A stretch of 63,252 bases of DNA, counting the filler, from Perkinsus chesapeaki ATCC PRA-425 (lineage: Eukaryota; Protista; Perkinsozoa), in assembly GCA_013115145.1 (NCBI GenBank). It is 7 parts of 7 records of this genome, joined end to end, with 100 filler letters (N's around TTAATTAATTAA, not from the genome) between each part and the next. Parts side by side here need not be neighbours in the genome. Positions count along the whole stretch, not along the records: positions 62,178 to 63,252 come from JAAPAO010002226.1; 6 more parts are not named here. One strand, given 5' to 3'. The notes beneath the pieces are model-generated. The model had not been told where the DNA came from, made no database searches, and saw only the letters and a list, made by a program, of their open reading frames with translations. Below are positions 62,078 to 63,252 of the stretch, one piece after another. Every line of letters starts with the position of its first letter. Within the stretch, counting starts at the first letter, position 1. Made by a program: the position numbers and the translations under genes.

Positions 62078-63252
62078 NNNNNNNNNNNNNNNNNNNNNNN
62101 NNNNNNNNNNNNNNNNNNNNNTTAATTAATTAANNNNNNNNNNNNNNNNNNNNNNNNNNNNNNNNNNNNNNNNNNNNTTAACACTCTTGTGCGCCATGAT
62201 GGCGCAGCCATCAGCAAGCCACACTCGATACTCTAGCCTAGAATATTCAGACATTCCCACCTGACTCGGGACCAGTTGTACTGCGGTAATGCCGTGAATA
62301 GTATCTATCGGATTCGATAAGACTCTACTCCGTACACCGTGGGCCAAGGTCCGTGGCCGGAGATATTAATGTGACAAGACTTCATAGCCAGTGAGACTTG
62401 CGGAGCTTCGAACATAAGAACGCCAAAACACATACTCCTTTCGAGTTGTTAGTATCGCCGCTACTGTAGCGGGGAGGTTCATAAAATAATGCTGATTCGT
62501 CGTTGAAAATGCCTTTCTGATACTTTTTTGTGGAATGTTTCAACGACGAGATTCGACCCCTTAATGACTTGACCCCTTAATGATAAAGACTCGATCTAAC
62601 GCTTAGCCTTGTGAATAAGAGCTGTACCCGCAAGATGGACCAGGTATCAAAGCCTGCGGCAGGCTATAATAGGGTACTTATGCTTAGGCTGCCTGCCTAA
62701 GTACTTAGGAGCGGAAAATTGGTCTGCCGAACTTTACTAAATTAACCACGTTGAAACTCAACGACTCTATCGTTGCACGGTTGCACGTTTATGTCATCAG
62801 CATGCGCACGAATTGTACGACACAATGCTCAATTTAGACTATGACTCGACCATTATGGCGGCTACCATACTCGGCTTGATCTGTCAAGTCACTGGCACTT
62901 CAACGTTGGGGCCTCCGGGATACGTCCCATCAAACAGCCATGTGTAGCAACCAGCCTAGCAGAGCCTTTGCCGAGCAAGATATCAACCGGGGTTTCCAAA
63001 GCTTGCATCGCACGCGTGCTAAACGAAACGTTTGTGCAGAGTGCAGGAAAAATGCGCCCAAGTGACAGCACCAGGGTTCGATCCAGGGACTCCGAACCTT
63101 GAGCGATTAATCGTTGTTGTAATGCTAATCTCGCTCTAGGATGACCTCTGGAGTCAAGGCGGGCCGGAGGCCCGCCTGGAACTACCCATATAAACTATTT
63201 CCGCGTTTGTTGACGTTCGACCCGTTTTCTGTATACGTTCGACCCCGCGGCC

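Noticed and set aside
31246-62177. Recurring TTAATTAATTAA flanked by Ns as a biological repeat
   Set aside because: Identical 100-bp geometry six times; it is an all-frame-stop contig linker.
63158-63178. GC hairpin AGGCGGGCC-GGA-GGCCCGCCT as a rho-independent terminator
   Set aside because: No U-tract and a eukaryotic context; single short hairpin.

Overview
Eukaryotic, intron-rich protist DNA. The gene style resembles Perkinsus-like alveolates, but that is inference only. The window is not contiguous: seven contigs are joined by artificial N44-TTAATTAATTAA-N44 linkers, so adjacency across linkers means nothing. Contig 1 (1-31245) is dominated by a ~23 kb cytoplasmic dynein-2 heavy chain gene on the minus strand, followed by a MAM33/p32 gene and small genes. 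Later contigs hold a CACTA-like MITE, a DIRS/Ngaro tyrosine-recombinase retrotransposon, a 1,020-aa retro-derived ORF, an S10 carboxypeptidase, an amino-acid transporter, a GGQ class-1 release factor, a hAT transposase, an LTR RNase H-integrase fragment and several minisatellites. The most striking unexplained signal is in contigs 1-2. Many 40-60 nt spliceosomal introns there carry one of a small set of conserved cassettes, found in either orientation and occasionally written into exons. They are: (C) a fixed-length 28-bp element GTATCTTGCACGCTTCAACCTAAGATAC with inverted ends, ~12 copies; (A) AATTTCGTGGCGCGTGAC, ~16 copies plus weaker ones; (E) the palindrome ATCGATCRCGYGATCGAT, 6 copies; (F) CGCTTCGCTCCGCT, 8 copies; and (B) tRNA T-arm/B-box halves, ~20 copies, grading up to two intact tRNA genes that almost fill their introns. 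All counts are by eye. Splice boundaries are inferred from GT-AG plus remembered dynein-2 homology, not from transcripts.
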